A stretch of 63,535 nt of DNA, filler included, from Octopus bimaculoides (GCF_001194135.2; 7 parts of 7 records of this genome joined end to end with filler, not necessarily neighbours in it); one strand, 5' to 3'; shown: positions 29,704 through 41,805, numbered from the whole stretch's first letter. Numbers and translations are program-made. Notes: a model not told the origin generated them from the letters alone.

Positions 29704-30213
29704 GGTGCGTGTGCATGAACGTCTATATTATTTTGAAGGATAAAAAAAATTGTGATTTAATCACATGAAAAATATAGGATTCTTTAATCGATATGTCTGA
29801 CGATTAAAGACTCTTTGACTAAACCACCTCCCAACGCAACGCACCTAATAACAGACACACAGACACACATATAATGCACACAATCACAGACATTATGTAT
29901 TGATGTATGTGTGCATATGTTTATGAGTATGCATGCATGTATCTGACTGTGTGTGTATATATGAATGCATATATGCATGCATATATGTATGTATATATGT
30001 GTGTACATATATATATATGTGTGTATGTGTGTGTGTGTGTGTCTACATATAAATATATGCCCAACACAGAGACACAGACACACAAACGCACACATCCACA
30101 AACAGCTGCATGTATTGATATATGTGTGTTTATGCTTAAATGTATGCATGTCTGTATTTGACTGTGTATATGTACGAATGCATATATGTTTGTATAAATG
30201 CTTGCATACAAAT

Positions 30214-30256
<43 letters not shown>

Positions 30257-30855
30257 CATACATACGTACATACCTACATACATATATTCATGTACATGTA
30301 TGTGTATGTTCTCTGCGTGCATTCTGTATGTATGTGTATATACATATATGTGTGTGTGTGTGTGTGCAGCTGTGTTATATATATATGTATATGTGTGTAG
30401 TGGTGTGTGTGTGTCTTTGTATGTATATTATATTACGTCATGTGACCCAATGTTATTTGTAATCTGTATCTGTATGTATTATGTATGTATATGGGTATGT
30501 ATGTATGTCTACATATGTGTGCGCTCCCCCACATATACACATCTGCACAACATCTGCTTTGAGTACCTTTTCTCCTAGTTCGTATACTTAAGCATACACA
30601 CATGTGTCTGTATGTGTTTTTGTGGATATGTGTACGAACACACACAGTCACATGTTAATATACGCATGCATACGTCTATACACACACACCTATATATGTG
30701 TGTATATATACATACATATATATATATATATANNNNNNNNNNNNNNNNNNNNNNNNNNNNNNNNNNNNNNNNNNNNTTAATTAATTAANNNNNNNNNNNN
30801 NNNNNNNNNNNNNNNNNNNNNNNNNNNNNNNNCCATAACAACCACCACCACCACC

Positions 30856-30891
<36 letters not shown>

Positions 30892-31320
30892 GATAATGAT
30901 AATAATAATAACAACAACAACAATGATAATTATTATTTGTAACACACACACATGTAAAATATAAAGTCAGAAGCTGTCAGATGTGAATACATTTCCATAT
31001 GTTTTATATACATACATACATAATACATACATACATACATACATTCATATACACATGAATGCATACATGCATACATACATGCATACACAAATGCACACAC
31101 ACACACACATGTATATACATAATTATATAAGCTGTAGATAAGTTTACATGCGTATGCAGCACATGCAGGCTAAACGGATGTTTATTTAAAACACGAATGT
31201 ACACTTACGCTTATTTATATATACCCTGTCTTAGTACATTGAATAATACAAATAATACAAATAAATAAATAAAATAAATGTAAACATGCTTAAAGATCTG
31301 TGTTTATATGTGAGAAGGGT

Positions 31321-31652
31321 GGAGGTGCAATGGCCCAGTGGTTAGGGCAGCGGACACGCGGTCATAGGATCGCGGTTCGATTCCCAGACCGGGCATTGTG
31401 AATGTTTATTGAGCGAAAACACCTAAAGCTCCCCGGCAGGGGATGGTGGCGAACCCTGCTGTACTCTTTCACCACAACTTTCTCTCACTCTTACTTCCTG
31501 TTTCTGTTGTGTCTGTAATTCAAAGGGTCAGCCTTGTCACACTGTGTCACGCTGAATATCCCCGAGAACTACGTTAAGCGTACACGTGTCTGTGGAGTGC
31601 TCAGCCACTTGCACGTTAATTTCACGAGCAGGCTGTTCCGTTGATCGGATCA
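31321..31652 (+). mobile_element. tRNA-derived SINE family C
   Basis: Head GGAGGTGCAATGGCCCAGTGGTTAGGGC (A box) ... GGTTCGATTCCCAGACC (B box); body shared with ~44265-44565 (-) and ~59705-60015 (+). Confidence 0.85.
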
Positions 31653-31944
31653 NNNNNNNNNNNNNNNNNNNNNNNNNNNNNNNNNNNNNNNNNNNNNNNN
31701 NNNNNNNNNNNNNNNNNNNNNNNNNNNNNNNNNNNNNNNNNNNNNNNNNNNNNNNNNNNNNNNNNNNNNNNNNNNNNNNNNNNNNNNNNNNNNNNNNNNN
31801 NNNNNNNNNNNNNNNNNNNNNNNNNNNNNNNNNNNNNNNNNNNNNNNNNNNNNNNNNNNNNNNNNNNNNNNNNNNNNNNNNNNNNNNNNNNNNNNNNNNN
31901 NNNNNNNNNNNNNNNNNNNNNNNNNNNNNNNNNNNNNNNNNNNN

Positions 31945-32295
31945 CGGCATCTTGGGCAAGTGTCTTCTACTATAGCCTCGGGCCGACCAAAGCCTTGTGA
32001 GTGGATTTGGTAGACGGAAACTGAAAGAAGCCCGTCGTATATATGTATATATATATATATGTATGTGTGTGTGTATGTTTGTATGTGTGTGTTTGTCCCC
32101 CCAACATCGCTTGAGAACCGATGCTGGTGTGTTTATGTCCCCGTAACTTAGCGGTTCGGCAAAAGAGATCGATAGAATAAGTACTAGGCTTCTAAAGAAT
32201 AAGTCCTGGGGTCGATTTGCTCGACTAAAAGGCGGTGCTCCAGCATGGCCACAGTCAAAAGACTGAAACAAGTAAAAGAGAGTAAAGAGTAAAGA
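31945..32295 (+). mobile_element. SINE family B copy (5' end in gap)
   Basis: gggcaagtgtcttctactatagcctcgggccgaccaaagccttgtgagtggatttggtagacggaaactgaaagaagcccgtcgt...gactgaaacaagtaaaagag. Confidence 0.9.
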
Positions 32296-33125
32296 GTAGT
32301 TTTATGTGTAGAATGGTGATACATATAAAGTGACTATTAAAATTAATTTTTGAGTCAAAAGGTTACAAGTGAGTGGTTCACACGTCCAATCTTTTAATTT
32401 TTTTATCGCATTAAATGAATGAGAGAAATCTCGGACAGAAAGTTGCTCTAGTGTACGTAACTTCATCCACATGATGGACACCATCCAACTCTGAAAACCA
32501 ATATGCTATGTATGCATCAATAGAACGTTGTTAACTTTAGATAATCATTAGTATGACCAAACCATACGTTTTTTCAAACAAACAAATCTGACGTGATAGT
32601 AGGAATGAATTTTTATAAATCTGTCTGAAGTGCAATTCATTCCGAGTAGGAAAAAATCCCTTAAGAAAATCGAAAAATCAAATGGATTTCAAAACTTCAT
32701 ACTATTTCATGTGCAAAGAAACTTCGTGGAATTTGATTGAAGAGTAAATAAGTCGTGTTATCTTTGAAATTCAACTTAGTTGCGTTGACATTGAAATGAT
32801 ATCAATTTAAAAGCAAGTAAAATGTATAGAGGTGTGTTATACTAGCATATAGTATCTACTTAGTCCTTAGTGGAATTGATTCGCATGAGTGAGTGAGTGA
32901 TAGCCATGTGATGAACATAAGGAGTAATAAGTGTTCAGATCGTTGTCCTAGGAGCTTCATCGACTTGCTCTCAAACACGTGATATGTGAAACATGCGAGA
33001 GACGCTAGAATCCAGACATATTAGAAATAGTTGCTAAATCTTCCTCGAACCTCCACCGTACTGCTGTTATAGTTCTGCAGGATGACTTATCTAACTCATT
33101 TATAGTATTGTTAAAGGCAGTGAGT

Positions 33126-33384
33126 GGAGGCACGTGGCCTAGTGGTTAGGGTGTCAGCACCACGATCGTAAGATTGTGGTTTCGATTCCTGGACCGGGCG
33201 ACGTGTTGTGTTCTTGAGCAAAACACTTCATTTCACGTTGCTCCAGTCCACTCAGCTGGCAAAAATGAGTAACTCTGCGATGGACTGGCGTCCCGTCCAG
33301 CTGGGAACACATACGCCATTGAAACCGGGAAACCGGGTCCTTGAGCCTGGATAGGCTCTAAAAGGGCGTATTTATTATTTTATT
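33126..33384 (+). mobile_element. SINE family D copy with a 14-bp target-site duplication
   Basis: Flanked by ttaaaggcagtgag at 33111-33124 and 33385-33398. Confidence 0.9.
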
Positions 33385-33386
33385 TT

Positions 33387-33612
33387 AAAGGCAGTGAGCT
33401 GACAGAGTCATTAGCATGTCAGAGAAAATACTTAGCGACATCTCACCCGTCTTTAAGCTCTGAGTTCAATTCCACCAAGATCGACTTTGCCATTCGTCCT
33501 TTCTGAATCGATAAAATAAGCATCAGTTAAACACTGAGATCGATGAAATTGACTTGACAATATCCTTCTCTAAAATTTTCAGGTCTTGTGCCTATAGTAG
33601 AAAGGGTTTATA
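33387..33612 (+). mobile_element. SINE family A copy ending ~25 bp before the exon A splice acceptor
   Basis: aaggcagtgagctgacagag...ctgagttcaattccaccaagatcgactttgcc...aggtcttgtgcctatagtagaaagg. Confidence 0.85.
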
Positions 33613-33638
33613 ATGTTGTTGTATTTGTTTCTTTTTAG

Positions 33639-33983
33639 CCGGAGGAAACCAAAGAATCAAGCAAAGACAAATCAGAAACGGTACGAAGGATACTCCGCGA
33701 AGCTCTGATAATTGCAGCTACACAAAACAATTTCCTGATCGTCAAGAAGCTGATGCTGCGTGGCATCTTGTTGGATATGCCACATGAATACTTCTGCATG
33801 TGTAAAACATGCAGTGTGGCCAGGTCAGAAGATTTCATGAGATTTACAAATGGTAGACTTGATGCTTTTCGCGCCATTGCTAGTCCGGCTTATCTTGTTT
33901 TGACGGAGAAGGATCCTATTGTGGCTGCATTTCACCTTAGTGAAAGATTCCGGAAAATGGCAGAGATTGAAACAGAATACAAG
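33639..33983 (+). CDS. TRPC: TRPC-family channel, internal exon A (last ankyrin repeat + TRP_2 Zn-binding domain)
   Basis: Acceptor tttttag at 33632-33638, donor AAG|gtagag at 33984; 345 bp, phase 0/0. Translates PEETK...EALIIAATQNNFLIVKKLMLRGILLDMPHEYFCMCKTC...RLDAFRAIASPAYLVLTEKDPIVAAFHLSERFRKMAEIETEYK, matching the TRPC pattern PHDYFCKCxxC...SRINAYKGLASPAYL...DP...ALELS...LA.IEKEFK. Family-level call only; the orthologue is not resolved. Confidence 0.95.
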
Positions 33984-34962
33984 GTAGAGTACAGTCGAAT
34001 TGTTTTACGCAAACACACACAAACACCCACGCAAGCATACACATACATATACACACAGACACACACAAACACCCACGCAAGCATACACATACATATACAC
34101 ACAGACACACACATACACAACCACATTAACACACAGACACATACTCATGCGCGCACACACACAGGCACACGCACATTTCAAATGTTAAAGATTGAAAGAG
34201 GATACAAAGCAGAGGTCCACTTACATTTCTTTACACACACAGACAGACACACAGTTACACACACTGAAGCGCATACACACACATCCGTACACACACGCCC
34301 GTACACCTCCCGCGCGCGCACACACACATTTCAAATTCTACTTACCGCTCGCCAACTTACAGGATGTTTCATTTGTAGGATAACATAGCTGGATGTAGAA
34401 TAAACAGGATATAGAATGTAGCTAAGAGATGCGTTTGAGTTCGGTATGGAGTGGCATGTGTGGATATATGCGTATGTGAATGTGTGAGAGTCAGTATTAA
34501 GTGACATAGGGATAGGAACACAAATACGAATGGGAAATGCTACAATGACTACAATGAGTTCCTGGGAAGAATATTATACTGTCACTCCATTGGACTCATA
34601 CAATGTGTGAGGTTCAGTCTGTAGGAATGTTAGCAAGCGTCCAATTTGGAAGCGTCGAATTTGGTTGATATTTTGCAGAGAAGAAAGTAAATTCGAACGC
34701 AGTAAAGCTGTAAGCAGAGAAGAGTTGGGCATTTACCATTATAAGACGGACAAAAGTTGCCAGCTGGCGGCTACGGGAGTCAAATCTGTACCCCTCAAGT
34801 ACCGGCAGAATGCTCTAACCATTGGTGTCTGGGGCGTACAGCTTCGACGCCTGTAGCCACTTGCTGATAACTTTTTTTCCGACTTATAATAAGAGCAAAT
34901 ACCTAATCTTCCTCCGCTGTTCTTACAGCTTTACAGCGTTCCAAATTTACGTCCTTGTCTGC

Positions 34963-35028
<66 letters not shown>

Positions 35029-35431
35029 NNNNNNNNNNNNNNNNNNNNNNNNNNNNNNNNNNNNNNNNNNNNNNNNNNNNNNNNNNNNNNNNNNNNNNNN
35101 NNNNNNNNNNNNNNNNNNNNNNNNNNNNNNNNNNNNNNNNNNNNNNNNNNNNNNNNNNNNNNNNNNNNNNNNNNNNNNNNNNNNNNNNNNNNNNNNNNNN
35201 NNNNNNNNNNNNNNNNNNNNNNNNNNNNNNNNNNNNNNNNNNNNNNNNNNNNNNNNNNNNNNNNNNNNNNNNNNNNNNNNNNNNNNNNNNNNNNNNNNNN
35301 NNNNNNNNNNNNNNNNNNNNNNNNNNNNNNNNNNNNNNNNNNNNNNNNNNNNNNNNNNNNNNNNNNNNNNNNNNNNNNNNNNNNNNNNNNNNNNNNNNNN
35401 NNNNNNNNNNNNNNNNNNNNNNNNNNNNNNN

Positions 35432-35488
<57 letters not shown>

Positions 35489-35543
35489 CACACACACACG
35501 TACATACATATGTAAATATCTGTCTATCTATTTTATTTCTCAG

Positions 35544-35711
35544 CAAGTGTACTACGAATTGGATTCCCAAGTACAAGGATTTACTTTAGATCTATTAGCC
35601 GAGTGCCAAAGTTCGGAAGAGGTGCGCATACTTCTTGGAGTTGATCCCAGTGTGGAGAGACCCAATACGTTGCCTTTGATTAACATGGGACTCGTCTACC
35701 AACAAAAGAAG
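35544..35711 (+). CDS. TRPC: TRPC-family channel, exon B (linker helices)
   Basis: Acceptor ttctcag, donor AAG|gtaagt; 168 bp, phase 0/0. QVYYELDSQVQGFTLDLLAECQSSEEVRILLGVDPSVERPNTLPLINMGLVYQQKK aligns to TRPC [31 protein letters not shown]...LKLAIKYEVKK. Absent from the ORF track because it has no ATG start. Confidence 0.93.
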
Positions 35712-36477
35712 GTAAGTGTTCATTAGAGCCATTAGACTAAATATTAGTAAGGCTAAATATATAGGAAGTTCAGTTCGCAATCATTAGATTCCATGTTCGG
35801 TCTCACGGTTTCAAATCTTGTTCAAATGTCTTTTTTTTTTTTTACCATAGTAGTATTGAGACAATTTAACCATTGTTAGTGAAGTTGGATGGACGGAAAC
35901 TGTGCGGAAGTCTGTAGTTCAAAGAGTCAACTTTGTCGCACGGTTTCTCGAGGATTATGTTAACGTTACAAGTGTACGTGGAATAATTATTCATTAGGAT
36001 ATATTTTAATGAGAGAGTGTGACTTAGTTGATGGAAGTATCGGAATAGTCATCGTTGAAACCGACGAAGGACTCATTTTGATTATTTCTGTTAATCGACC
36101 AACTTACTCTTGTATTCATTTCTTGCTTGTTTCAATGTAACCTACATTATCTATATCTGGCATGTTCAAATACATTTCAGGTTTTAATTGAAACAATCTC
36201 ATTATATTTCATAGATTAACATCCCGTGTCTTATAACAAATTTCCAAATCTTTTCATATCTCGCAATAACTGTTCAACTTTTTCATTTCTCACAACTGTC
36301 CAATTTCATTCTTATCTTACAACAACGGTCGAAGTTTTTCCATATTTCACAACAACCTCCAGTTTCTTTCAAATCTTCAAACTGTTCATATTTTTCTCAC
36401 AGCCGTTCATATATTTATATATCTCACAGTTGTCAATTTTATTTATATTTTACAACTCTCCAATTTTCTTCCAACAG

Positions 36478-36645
36478 TTCCTTGCTCATCACAAGTGCCA
36501 GAGTCAAGTCGCTCAATTATGGTATTCTGGAGTTCCAATCCTTAGATACCTCAATAACTTTAAGTACTTAGTAATGAGCATTCCAATCGGTATGATTCTA
36601 ATACCCGTCTTGTCTATGGTCTACATAATCACTGGATATGAAAAG
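36478..36645 (+). CDS. TRPC: TRPC-family channel, exon C (pre-S1 elbow)
   Basis: Acceptor ttccaacag, donor AAG|gtaagt; 168 bp, phase 0/0. FLAHHKCQSQVAQLWYSGVPILRYLNNFKYLVMSIPIGMILIPVLSMVYIITGYEK aligns to TRPC FVAHPNCQQQLLSIWY...LPFLALIYWFAPCSK. Confidence 0.94.
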
Positions 36646-36815
36646 GTAAGTATACATTTCAGTCTTCCTAATCGTCAAATATTTTGATTAAAATAATCAT
36701 TCTCTATTAGTATGTAGAACAAATCCTTAAGAACTGAGATAATGTATTACTGTTTTATCAATATACAGCGCAACCTGACGATTGTTACACTTTCTCGCAA
36801 ATTAAAGCAGCAGTA

Positions 36816-36978
36816 TATATTCTTTTCCACTCTAGGCACAAGACCCGAAATTTTTTGGGGAGGGGGCCAGTTGATTAGATCGACCCCAGTAGGTAACTGG
36901 TACTTAATTTATCGACCCCGAAAGGATGAAAGGCAAAGTCGACCTCGGCGGAATTTGAACTCAGAACGTAAAGACACA
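36816..36978 (-). mobile_element. SINE family A copy (intron after exon C)
   Basis: High-identity core cgaccccgaaaggatgaaaggcaaagtcgacctcggcggaatttgaactcagaacgtaaagac. Confidence 0.9.
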
Positions 36979-37460
36979 CGAAGCAGCAATATATATTAAC
37001 ATCGTGAATACAATGAGTTTGTCTGTGAGCCATACATTTTAGTACTCGCAGTATTCTATAACTGAGAAGTAATACTTTGGTGCGCGTATAAACAAAAACA
37101 ATAACCTGTCTATTCGTCATTAAGTATGCTAATCGGAGTAAATATGTTAATCGCTGTAATATTTTGCTTTCGAAGAACATCTTCACTACAATTCATCGAT
37201 TTTAGAGGGCTTTGAAATACTGCGATGTTTCTACCTCCTTGTGTGCCTCTTCAGTTCAAGCGGATATTTCAAATTTAGTATGCTTATGTATTCTAATCCC
37301 AGTCTACAATAAATGTCACTCTATAAGCAGAGGGAATTACAGAGATGACGGGTTGTTCATCTTCAAAACCATTAAAGGTCAACAAACAAAAGAGTAAAAA
37401 ATTCCAAGCACTGAGTCTTTTTTGGGTTTTTAGATTTGCTTTAAATTCACACACACCCAT

Positions 37461-37491
<31 letters not shown>

Positions 37492-37984
37492 TCTATGTAT
37501 ATATAGCATATATATAATTATGCTTGCATGTACAATATATATATATATATATAGATATTGTACATGTATATGTGTTTATAGATGTGTGTATGTATGTGAG
37601 CGTGTGTTTAAAAATGACAAAGGACCGTCTGATGCTGGAGTGACTTAATATCTAAAGTATAATTTATTGGTTGATACATACATGAATATATAAAAACACA
37701 CATATATATATGTGTTTATATATGTCTACACCCACACATACACACACACAGGCACGTATAAACACGTTGATGACCACAACAACAAATACGAATTGTCAAT
37801 ATAATAAAAATATGAGCTACTAACAGGTAGTACTCGAAACCAAATTGAAGTATCAGCTTTTTATTTGCATACATCCAACTTCAAAATAATCTTTTGAAAG
37901 ACATGTTCTTTAATAATGAACCCGTTCTAAATAATCACTTCATTCTCAAACAATATATTACTTTACTGTCTATTATTTATTTCT

Positions 37985-38818
37985 TTATTGCCCACATGGT
38001 GGGGCCTAAACATGGAGGGGACAAAAAAAAAGGACAGACAAAGGGATTAAATCGATTACATCGACCCCAGTGCGTAACTGGTACCTATTTAATCGACCCC
38101 GAAAAGATGAAAGGCAAAGTCGACCACGGCGGAATTTGAACTCAGAATGTAACGGCAGACGAAATAAAGCTAAGCATTTCGCCCGGCATGCTAACGATTC
38201 TGCCACCTCTTCGCCCTCGTACTGTCCGTTGTTAGACAGTAAAATTCCGCCGATTTCAAGTTCCGCCGAGGTTAACCTTCCTTTTCATCTTTTCGGAGTC
38301 GATAAAATAAGTACCTGTTGAACACGGGGGTCAATGTAATCGTCATATCCCCTCCTTCAAAATTGCTGCCCTTGGGGCAAAATTTGCAACCATTATTACA
38401 CACATTTCATTATAGTGTTATGCAACAATAGAGCTTTAAAGACTTCTAAATTAGTTGTTAATATAGATTTCAAACTTTGTCACAAGGCCAGCAAGTTCGG
38501 GGTAGGGGATAAGTCGGTCACATCGACCCCAGTGTTCAACTGGTACTTATCTTATTGACCCTGAAAGGATGAAAGGCAAAGTCGACCTCAGTGGAATTTG
38601 AACTCAGACCATAAAGACGGAGGAAATACCACTAAGCTTTTCACTCAGCGTGCCAACGATTCTACTCTGCAGTTGTTAATATAGATTATTAAGAAAGAAG
38701 ACGGCAAACTGGTGGAATTTAATAGCAGGCCGGTCAAAAAGTACTTAGTGGCATTTCGTGTATCTTCACGATCTAAGTTCAAATTCTACCCAGGTCTACT
38801 TTGCCATTCATCTTTTCG
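37985..38818. mobile_element. Four SINE family A copies in alternating orientation (-,+,-,+)
   Basis: ~37985-38216 (-), ~38255-38398 (+), ~38468-38668 (-), ~38698-38818 (+, cut by gap). Confidence 0.85.
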
Positions 38819-39475
38819 NNNNNNNNNNNNNNNNNNNNNNNNNNNNNNNNNNNNNNNNNNNNNNNNNNNNNNNNNNNNNNNNNNNNNNNNNNNNNNNNNN
38901 NNNNNNNNNNNNNNNNNNNNNNNNNNNNNNNNNNNNNNNNNNNNNNNNNNNNNNNNNNNNNNNNNNNNNNNNNNNNNNNNNNNNNNNNNNNNNNNNNNNN
39001 NNNNNNNNNNNNNNNNNNNNNNNNNNNNNNNNNNNNNNNNNNNNNNNNNNNNNNNNNNNNNNNNNNNNNNNNNNNNNNNNNNNNNNNNNNNNNNNNNNNN
39101 NNNNNNNNNNNNNNNNNNNNNNNNNNNNNNNNNNNNNNNNNNNNNNNNNNNNNNNNNNNNNNNNNNNNNNNNNNNNNNNNNNNNNNNNNNNNNNNNNNNN
39201 NNNNNNNNNNNNNNNNNNNNNNNNNNNNNNNNNNNNNNNNNNNNNNNNNNNNNNNNNNNNNNNNNNNNNNNNNNNNNNNNNNNNNNNNNNNNNNNNNNNN
39301 NNNNNNNNNNNNNNNNNNNNNNNNNNNNNNNNNNNNNNNNNNNNNNNNNNNNNNNNNNNNNNNNNNNNNNNNNNNNNNNNNNNNNNNNNNNNNNNNNNNN
39401 NNNNNNNNNNNNNNNNNNNNNNNNNNNNNNNNNNNNNNNNNNNNNNNNNNNNNNNNNNNNNNNNNNNNNNNNNNN

Positions 39476-39503
<28 letters not shown>

Positions 39504-39506
<3 letters not shown>

Positions 39507-39938
39507 CAAAAGAATTTCAACTCTCTGTTTTTATGTTTTATTTATATTCTTATAAAATTAATGTGGGATATAGAATATGAACTATATAGTATATATAGTA
39601 AAATGAAATGAAGTATTTAATGTCTTATTGAATAAATGAAATATTGAATGTTAAATATATAAGGACTAGTATACTTTCCTGCTTTCTAGCAGTCTTCAAG
39701 GTCCCGTGTCACAGAAGTGTTTCACGGGACTTCTGTCACACGGGACCTTGAGACTGCTAGAAAGCAGTAAAGTATACTAGTCCTTATATATTTAACATTC
39801 AATATTTCATTTATTCAATAAGACATTCAATACTTCATTTCATTTTACTATATATACTATATATTCCATATTCTATATCCCACATTAATTTTAAAAGAAT
39901 ATAAATAAAACAAAAACAGAGCCGGAATTCTTTTGAAT
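39504..39938. repeat. Near-perfect palindrome, arms ~215 bp, 10-nt loop
   Basis: ...aaggtcccgtgtcacagaagt-gtttcacggg-acttctgtcacacgggaccttg...; pairing extends to attcaaaagaatt / aattcttttgaat. Confidence 0.95.
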
Positions 39939-40052
39939 GATATATTCCTCTATACACCATCATACAACCCCCTTTTTTTTATTTCTTTATATATATAAAT
40001 GATTTTTTTATTATAAACGAAAGGATGTGTGGTCTATATATGCAGAGTACGG

Positions 40053-40400
40053 TTAATACTTATCATGAAACAGCGGAGCATTCATACTGATGATACTCAA
40101 AATGTTTCCTTCATCGTGCATGTTGTCAGCGCAACGTTGCCTGAAAGACTGCGCAGATATATATGGTGTCTGGGCTAAAGCTGACAGTTTGCCTAAAAGG
40201 AAAACAAAAACGCTGCTCTCTATGTTACGCCTTAGAGCCTTTACAGTGTTCACAGATCATTGGGCAACAGTCATGATGTCGGCATTTTGATGCATGGGCG
40301 CGAATCTTTATGATACATGTGACTCTTTTCCAATATTCAGATAGCTTTCAATCCTCCAATTCAGATAACTTTTCCTCAACTAGAACTTTAATCGTTTTGC
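40053..40400 (-). mobile_element. Second, more decayed copy of the same mariner-like remnant
   Basis: Alignable by eye with ~43690-43860 (catgatgtcggcattttgatgc...actcttttccaatattcagat). Translation VKALRRNI...SFRQRCADNMHDEGNIL resembles the mariner C-terminal helix. Confidence 0.5.
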
Positions 40401-40988
40401 TCCCCAACCAACACCGCTGACTCTTTACCGATACATAAGTTGTTCTTGAAAAACAAAACAGAAAAGACACAAAACCCTGTCAAATTCAACATGAACACCC
40501 TTTTATATATATATANNNNNNNNNNNNNNNNNNNNNNNNNNNNNNNNNNNNNNNNNNNNNNNNNNNNNNNNNNNNNNNNNNNNNNNNNNNNNNNNNNNNN
40601 NNNNNNNNNNNNNNNNNNNNNNNNNNNNNNNNNNNNNNNNNNNNNNNNNNNNNNNNNNNNNNNNNNNNNNNNNNNNNNNNNNNNNNNNNNNNNNNNNNNN
40701 NNNNNNNNNNNNNNNNNNNNNNNNNNNNNNNNNNNNNNNNNNNNNNNNNNNNNNNNNNNNNNNNNNNNNNNNNNNNNNNNNNNNNNNNNNNNNNNNNNNN
40801 NNNNNNNNNNNNNNNNNNNNNNNNNNNNNNNNNNNNNNNNNNNNNNNNNNNNNNNNNNNNNNNNNNNNNNNNNNNNNNNNNNNNNNNNNNNNNNNNNNNN
40901 NNNNNNNNNNNNNNNNNNNNNNNNNNNNNNNNNNNNNNNNNNNNNNNNNNNNNNNNNNNNNNNNNNNNNNNNNNNNNNNNNNNNNNNN

Positions 40989-41026
<38 letters not shown>

Positions 41027-41094
41027 GTGTTGACCTGTTCACTGTAAATCTACTGCTGACCTCACTTTGCATGTATTTTTTTTTATCGATGCAG

Positions 41095-41367
41095 GTCTCA
41101 TATGGGAGGAATGTAAGCAGATATGGGAAGCAGGTCCTCTGAATTATTTCTCATCTTTATGGAATATATTGGACTCGTTTATGCTCAATTTCTTACTCAC
41201 ATCTTTCCTGGTTGATGTGGTGGTGTCGTTTAGACTTCAAAATGTCTTTCAGAATCGTAGCAAAATAAAACATATGTATAGCAACACATCAGTTATTCTG
41301 CCTGCTTGCGACTGGGATTTGAACTCGGGAGATTATTGCAGCCAAACACGTGACTACGATATCGTTG
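41095..41367 (+). CDS. TRPC: TRPC-family channel, exon D (end of S2, S2-S3 linker, S3, extracellular S3-S4 loop)
   Basis: Acceptor gatgcag, donor G|gtgagt; 273 bp, phase 1/1. GLIWEECKQIWEAGPLNYFSSLWNILDSFML matches TRPC GMIWAECKEIW..G..EY....WN.LDF.ML. Confidence 0.95.
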
Positions 41368-41639
41368 GTGAGTTTAAATGTATTCTGTCTCCATAGTCAC
41401 TTTCCTATGCTTATGTTGTCTTTTCATGTTGTAACATCTCCTTTCTGTAGTGGTTTTACCTATCTAGTATTTAACTCAGCATTCCCCATTAACAAACAGT
41501 TCGTCCTTTAAGAAGCGTCTTTGCCACATAATAATGATTATCATCGCTTTCCATCGTACATATTTGAGCAGGAGAGGTCTGGTATTATTGAAATAACAAG
41601 ACCGTCCACCATTGTACCAATGCAAACCTTCGCGGCATT

Positions 41640-41805
41640 TTTTCCGTCCTTACGTTCTGAGTTCAAATTCTACCGAGGTCGACTTTGCATTTCATCCTTT
41701 CAGGGTCAATAGAATAAGTCCCGGCTGAGCACTAGAGTCGATGTAATTGACTATCCCCCTCTGCAAAATTTCAGGCTTTGCGCCTAAAGTAGAAACAATT
41801 ATTAA
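41640..41805 (+). mobile_element. SINE family A copy (intron D-E)
   Basis: ttacgttctgagttcaaattctaccgaggtcgactttgcatttcatcctttcagggtc...aaaatttcaggc. Confidence 0.85.

Noticed and set aside
31321-31400. tRNA gene
   Set aside because: A and B boxes are present, but the sequence continues into a multi-copy SINE body and has no acceptor stem.
37120-37400. GVNMLIAVIF and RALKYCD as TRPC-like exons
   Set aside because: Out of order relative to the true exons, with wrong phases or in-frame stops.
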